Shown: positions 59,014-64,000 of the stretch, piece after piece
How positions within the stretch are numbered: the stretch's first letter is position 1
Layout: each line of letters begins with the position of its first letter
NCBI GenBank assembly: GCA_964016885.1
Contig: OZ024743.1
Span: 218,798,001 to 218,862,000, forward strand
Direction of reading: 5' to 3'
From: Eledone cirrhosa
Lineage: Eukaryota
DNA length: 64,000 bases
The notes under the pieces: generated by a model
Seen by the model: the letters and a program-made list of their open reading frames with translations, nothing else
Told to the model about the DNA's origin: nothing
Databases searched by the model: none
Made by a program: the position numbers and the translations under genes

Positions 59014-59295
59014 ATCATCATTGTTTAATGCCCATCTTCCACACTAGCATGGGATAGACGGGTTTGTCCCATTTAGAGGCAAGTTGAGTCAGGTGACCGT
59101 GTCTCGCTCATATAGGACTATTTCTGGCTGGTGTTCTATGGCTGGATGCCCTTCCTAGTGCCAACCACATTTACAATGTTTGCTGGGTGCTTTTTACCAT
59201 GTCTTTTACACGACCACTTTACAGTGTGGGCTGGGTGCTTTTTGTTGTGACACCTACACAACCACTTACAGAGTGGGTTGGATGTTTTGTGTACC
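59014..59295 (-). mobile_element. RTE-type 3' UTR/tail fragment
   Basis: Starts with (ATC)n and contains GGATGCCCTTCCTA plus ~48-bp repeat units; it is the reverse complement of the LINE 3' UTR. Confidence 0.85.
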
Positions 59296-59329
59296 AACGT
59301 AGCATACGCACATATATATCATGATAATT

Positions 59330-59341
59330 GTATATATATAC

Positions 59342-59373
<32 letters not shown>

Positions 59374-59466
59374 CTATATATATATATCTATATATATATA
59401 TCTATATATATATATCTATATATATATATCTATATATATCTATATATATATATCTATATATATATA

Positions 59467-59541
<75 letters not shown>

Positions 59542-59570
59542 ATATATATATATATATACACATATATATA
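59330..59570. repeat. Compound (TA)/(TG)/(TA+TC) microsatellite
   Basis: Directly visible; it explains the Tyr/Ile-rich ORFs. Confidence 0.97.
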
Positions 59571-59571
59571 C

Positions 59572-59902
59572 ATGGCTTAGTGGTTAGAGCATTGGCCTTG
59601 CAATCGAAAGGTTGTGAGTTCAATTCTCAGACCGGGTGATGTGTTGTTTCCTTGAGCAAGACACTTTATTTCACATTGCTCCAGTTTACTCAGCTGTAGA
59701 AATGAGATGATAGGGACTGGGGTCCTTATCATTCCATTGCAAAGTGGTCGTGAAGGTGCCACGGCAAAAAAGCACCCAGCACTCACTGTAAATGAGGTTG
59801 GTGTTAGGAAGGGCATCCAGCTGTAGAAATCAAGCCAGCATCAGTTCCCGTCCCACCCTTGCAAGCAAGGAAAAAGCGGACGTAAAATGAAATGATGATG
59901 AT
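59572..59902 (+). mobile_element. tRNA-derived CORE-like SINE with an RTE-derived 3' tail (octopus OR-like)
   Basis: A-box TGGCTTAGTGG, B-box GTTCAATTC, CORE-like CCTTGAGCAAGACACTT, then a tail matching the LINE 3' UTR and (ATG)n. The family name is from memory. Confidence 0.8.
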
Positions 59903-60221
59903 ATATTGGGGAAATGCTGGATGTAGGTGAGAAGATGGTAGTATTGTAGAAAAATAAAAAGGGGCATGTGAGATGTGGATGAGAAGATGAAATGATGATA
60001 GTATTGTACCAAAATAAATAGGGGTGTAATGGGTGTGGGTTACGGAATGAAATGATGTAGAAACATAAAGGTGAATATGTTTTATGTGAGGGAAGAGATG
60101 GAAAAATAGTAGTAATGTAGAAAAATAAGCAGAGGTTTGTTAGATGCGGGTGAGGAATTTAAATAATGGTAGTAATGTAGAAAAGTATACAGAGACATGT
60201 TGGTTGTGAGTGAAGAATTTA

Positions 60222-60393
60222 AATAATTGCTTCTACTTTTGGCCCAAGGCCAGCAATTAAGCAGTGCATTACTGGTACTTTATTTTATCAACCCCGTAAG
60301 GATAAAAAGCAAAGTTAACCTCGGCGGGATTTGAACTCTGATCGTAAAGGGACGTAACTCTAAGCTGCAATGCATGGCGTCCGACCTTCTACC
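60222..60393 (-). mobile_element. tRNA-derived SINE (OK-like)
   Basis: Reverse complement of 62940-63110; B-box GTTCAAATCC; AATAAT repeated at both ends. Confidence 0.88.
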
Positions 60394-60435
60394 AATAATG
60401 GTAGTAATTTAGATAAGTATATAGGGGCATGTTGG

Positions 60436-60908
60436 ATCATCATCATCATTGTTTAATGTTCATTTTCCACGCTTGCATGGGTTAGGCTGGTTGTCATGTT
60501 AGGAGACAAGTTAGGTCCAGAGACCATGTCTTGCTCGTACGGATCTGCATTTTGGCTAGGTTTCTACGGCTGGATGTCCTTCCCTACACTAACCATGTTA
60601 CAGTGTGGACTGGGCGCTTTTTATCGTGTCACCTGTTTGACCACCTTACAGTGGGGACTGGGTGCTTTTTGTCGTGATACAAAGATGATCACTTTACAGG
60701 GTGAGCAGGGTGCTTTTTATTGTGGCACTGAAATGACTACCTTACAATGTGAACTGGGCTCTTTTTGTTGTGTCACCAACACGACCACCTTACAGTATCG
60801 ATTGGGTTGTCATGCCACCAGTATGAATACCTTACAGAGAGATTGGGCACTTTGTGTTGCATCACTAACATGACCACTTAACAGTGTAGACTGGGTATGT
60901 TTTATTGT
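60436..60908 (-). mobile_element. RTE-type 3' UTR fragment with an expanded ~48-bp tandem repeat
   Basis: (ATC)n start, GGATGTCCTTCCCTA, then about 7 units of ACCACCTTACAGTGTGGACTGGGTGCTTTTTGT...; the 16-aa periodicity of ORF 60496..60873 reflects this. Confidence 0.85.
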
Positions 60909-61059
60909 ATCGAAGGAAAATGAAGCGAAACATTTTGGATGTGGTGAAGAGAGTGTTGTATAAAAAAATCAAGGCAGGCATGTTGGATGTAACTGATGAA
61001 AGGAAATATGGAAGTAATGTAGAAATATTAAGGGTACATTTTGGATGTATAAAAAATAA

Positions 61060-61625
61060 AAGGTGCAGAGCATTCAAAGTCAATGGAAGCCTTGGAGTGG
61101 GGAGACCCAGGAAGACTTGGGATGAGGTGATAAAAGCTGACCTTGCTCAATTGCACCTCTCAAAGATGATGACACAGAATCGGGATCTCTGGCGTTATGC
61201 AGCAACCCCACCCTCCCATATATCTCTCATGTGGACAGGCAGTAGCATACATCCAGTGAAAACTCCAGCCCACATCGTAAAGTGGTTGTGATGGCAACAA
61301 GACAAAAATCGCCCAACCCACACTGTAAAGTGGTTGTGTAGGTCACACGACAAAAAGCACCCACCCACACTGTAAAGTGGTCATGTAGGTGACACAACAA
61401 AAAGCACCCACCCCAAACTGTAAAGTGGTCATGTAGGTGTCACGAAAAGAAACACTCAGTGCACACTGTAAATGTGGTTGGCATTAGGAAGGGCATCCAG
61501 CCATAGAAACCAAGCAAAAAATAGCTCTGTGTGAGCAAGACAAGGTCACCTGACCTAGCTTGCCTCAGCCTGTCAAACCCATGCTAGCGTGGAAAAATGT
61601 ACGGTAAACGGTGATGATGATGATA
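61060..61625 (+). mobile_element. 5'-truncated RTE LINE (ORF C-terminus, 3' UTR with 48-bp repeats, (GAT)n tail)
   Basis: CRAFKVNGSLGVGRPRKTWDEVIKADLAQLHLSKMMTQNRDLWRYA is homologous to the end of the 53950-57236 ORF. CTGTAAA recurs at 61323, 61370, 61418 and 61466. Confidence 0.9.
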
Positions 61626-61684
61626 ATGTGGGATGTGAGTGAAGAGCAATGTATAAAAATCAAGACAGCCTTAATATTGAAATG

Positions 61685-61934
61685 TGGTAATGCTGGTGTC
61701 ACAATAAAATGCACACAGCCCAGTGTAAGGTGGTCATGCTGGTGACACAACAAAAAGCACCCAGTCCATCCTGTAAGGTGGCCATGCTGGTGTCAATAAA
61801 ATCACCCAGGCCACACTGTAAAGTGGTAGTACTAGTGCCACAGTAAAATGTGCTCAGTCCACATCGTAAAGTGGTCATGCTGGTGACACAACAAAAAGCA
61901 CCCAGTCCATCTTGTAAGGTGGTGAAGCAGGTGT
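61685..61934 (+). repeat. About five ~48-bp RTE-UTR-derived repeat units
   Basis: TGCTGGTGACACAACAAAAAGCACCCAGTCCA...GTAAGGTGG repeated in tandem. Confidence 0.8.
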
Positions 61935-62103
61935 CATCATCATCACTGTTTAACGTCTTATTTTCCAAGCATACATGGGTCAGACAGGCTGTCCATGTTA
62001 TGAGGCAACACTTTACCTTGCTCAAATAGACCTGTATTTTGGCTGATTTTTTTACAGCTGGATTCCCTTCCTAACACCAACGGCGTTTACTGTGTGGAAC
62101 TGG
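61935..62103 (-). mobile_element. RTE/SINE 3' tail fragment
   Basis: (TCA)n start; CTGGATTCCCTTCCTAACACCAAC. Confidence 0.8.
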
Positions 62104-62151
62104 AGGGAGGGGGCGTCCCGCTATGAGAGGGTCAGGCCAATTAGCCACAAC

Positions 62152-62330
62152 ATAGTCCACACTGTAAATGTAGTTGGCGTTAGGAAGGGCATCCAGCCAT
62201 AGAAACCAAGCCAAAATCAGTTCTGTATGAGCAAGACACTGTCATCTGATCTGGCTTGTCTCAAAGGGACAACTCATCAACCCAATCTAGCATAGAAAAA
62301 TGGATGTTAAATGTTGATGATGATGATGAT
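62152..62330 (+). mobile_element. RTE/SINE 3' tail fragment
   Basis: AGTCCACACTGTAAATGTAGTTGGCGTTAGGAAGGGCATCCAGCC...(GAT)n. Confidence 0.85.
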
Positions 62331-62925
62331 ATTTAGATATGTACATACTTATACAATGGGTATCAGGTGCTTTTTATGTGGGCACCAGTATTATTTGGCT
62401 AAGAAACATTTAACTATTTCCAAACAAATGACAGAATATAGATTCAAAATGCTCACTTGAATTTATAGGTTTCTTTTTTGTTATTTACAAACCCATCTGC
62501 GAACTCCTTAGGGATAACAAACTGGACAGTTGAGCTGCCATTAGCTTGATCATCTTCAATTTCAAAAAGCTGGAAATAAAGAAAACAATAAATAAATAAA
62601 TGACACCTACTAAGCATACATGGTTCTGCTGCAAAACATTTTGTTTTTTAACTATTGATAAGATCCCAGACCTCATTTGATTACCAAGTGGGGTGGAACT
62701 TGTCAAATCAAACCAAGGAAACAATGTTTCTATTGGTTTTTCCATTGCTGATACAATCTACCAGTCACAACTCCTGACAGAAGGAACAATGTGTCTTGCT
62801 CAAGGACATAAGGCAACCTCTCAATTGTAAATCCAATTCCCTTGTGAAGGTGCGTGGCTTCACACTGTCTCGCATACATGATATATTTAGTTTTAAAATG
62901 TTGATTTACTGAGATTATCTTTCTA

Positions 62926-63108
62926 CGGTGGATTGGCAGTATCGGTAGAGGGTCGGACGCCATGCTTTCCAGCATAGTTACGTCCCTTTACGATCTGAGT
63001 TCAAATCCCGCCGAGGTTGACTTTGCCTTTCATCCTTACGGGGTCGATAAAATAAAGTACCAGTAATGAACTGGGTAATTGCTGGCCTTGTGCCTAAAAG
63101 TAGAAACA
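62926..63108 (+). mobile_element. tRNA-derived SINE (OK-like), near full length, with a perfect 12-bp TSD
   Basis: A-box TGGCAGTATCGG and B-box GTTCAAATCC; ATTATCTTTCTA at 62914-62925 and 63109-63120. Confidence 0.92.
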
Positions 63109-63774
63109 ATTATCTTTCTAATAGTAGATATAATCTCCTTCGAGGTGTGTTTAAAAAATCTAAAAGCAACAAGGGAGATAACACCTATAATATTAGCCAA
63201 TCAAAATTTTTGGAAAATAAAGACAATGCTTGTTAATCTTGTTTTTTAAAACCAATTGGTGAAAGTAATGGCCATGTTTCTATCTTATTAAATCTCATCA
63301 GTGAAATATACTCAGCTCAATCAGCAATATATATATATATATAAACTATATATTATGATCGCTGCAGCCTGATGATATCCATTGTTCCATCATACCAGTA
63401 ACTGAAGCAGGTTGGTTGTTGACTCAGAAGGCTGAGGTATAATTTTAAATGATGTGCTTGAATTTAATTTATGGGTGGTGTGGTATGGTTTAGTTGGTAA
63501 AGTTGATTGTAGAATTATGTTTTGTGTTTGTGTAAGTTTATGAATGGCATGGGTTTGGTTTAGATTTGTTTACATTCTAGTTAAGATATATACAGTCTTA
63601 GTTATACATACATATATACACAAACATACATGCATATGAAATTGAAAATCTGTTTGTATAGAAAGCCATGCAATGAAAGTGGGTTAGATTGCCAAGTTAA
63701 TAATCAAAGGGGAATTAAGAGAAAGCAAAATAAAAGGACAAGGGACAAGTGATTGAAAGTTACCTTAGCAATTT

Positions 63775-63778
<4 letters not shown>

Positions 63779-63834
<56 letters not shown>
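63779..63834. repeat. (TA)28 microsatellite
   Basis: Directly visible. Confidence 0.97.
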
Positions 63835-63838
<4 letters not shown>

Positions 63839-64000
63839 GAGAGCGAATGAGAGAGAGAATGTTGTTCATTAATATCAACTATAGTACAGAGGGAAAATAT
63901 CTGAGCGGATAATTCATCATAGTAAAGGAGACACATGCAGCTTCTAAGTATGCTGATTAATAAACATGTGTTCCATAACAATACTCTACTTATATCAGAT

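Larger units (their letters stand above)
59905..61665 (+). repeat. Degenerate ~60-bp minisatellite interrupted by three retroposon insertions
   Basis: Motif GGCATGTTGGATGTG...AATGGTAGTAATGTAGAAAA recurs near 59941, 60001, 60112, 60172, 60404 and 61013, with a remnant at ~61626-61663. Confidence 0.75.

Noticed and set aside
59278-59639. Tyr/Ile-rich ORFs
   Set aside because: They are translations of the (TA)n microsatellite.
59572-59645. tRNA gene
   Set aside because: A and B boxes are present, but there is no convincing acceptor stem and the sequence continues into a SINE body and LINE tail.
60496-60873. Cys/Thr-rich 16-aa repeat protein (also 61699..62025)
   Set aside because: It is the antisense translation of the 48-bp RTE UTR repeat.

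Overview
This is eukaryotic, repeat-dominated DNA with no supportable host gene. The SINE and LINE families resemble those I recall from octopus genomes; that assignment is an inference. Bases 1 to ~50310 are one uninterrupted G/T-rich satellite of about 2,300 copies of the 22-mer GAAAGTGAGGTGAGGTGTGTGT. It is built from nested kb-scale duplications (~8.5, 3.9, 3.7, 1.6 and 1.2 kb) and from domains defined by distinct variants, and it decays gradually into unique sequence. All His/Thr-rich minus-strand ORFs are by-products of this repeat. The last ~13.7 kb holds microsatellites, tRNA-derived SINEs, many RTE-type 3' tails, a pogo/Tigger-like MITE and an old 60-bp minisatellite. It also holds a near-full-length decayed RTE-clade LINE that has a PHD finger inside the RT region, lacks the YADD segment through an in-frame deletion, and is interrupted by a solo-LTR-like insert. 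The best leads are the PHD-in-RT architecture, a 77-bp near-perfect inverted repeat made from an otherwise decayed SINE, and the splice-donor-like content and layered structure of the satellite. All coordinates and offsets were read by eye.
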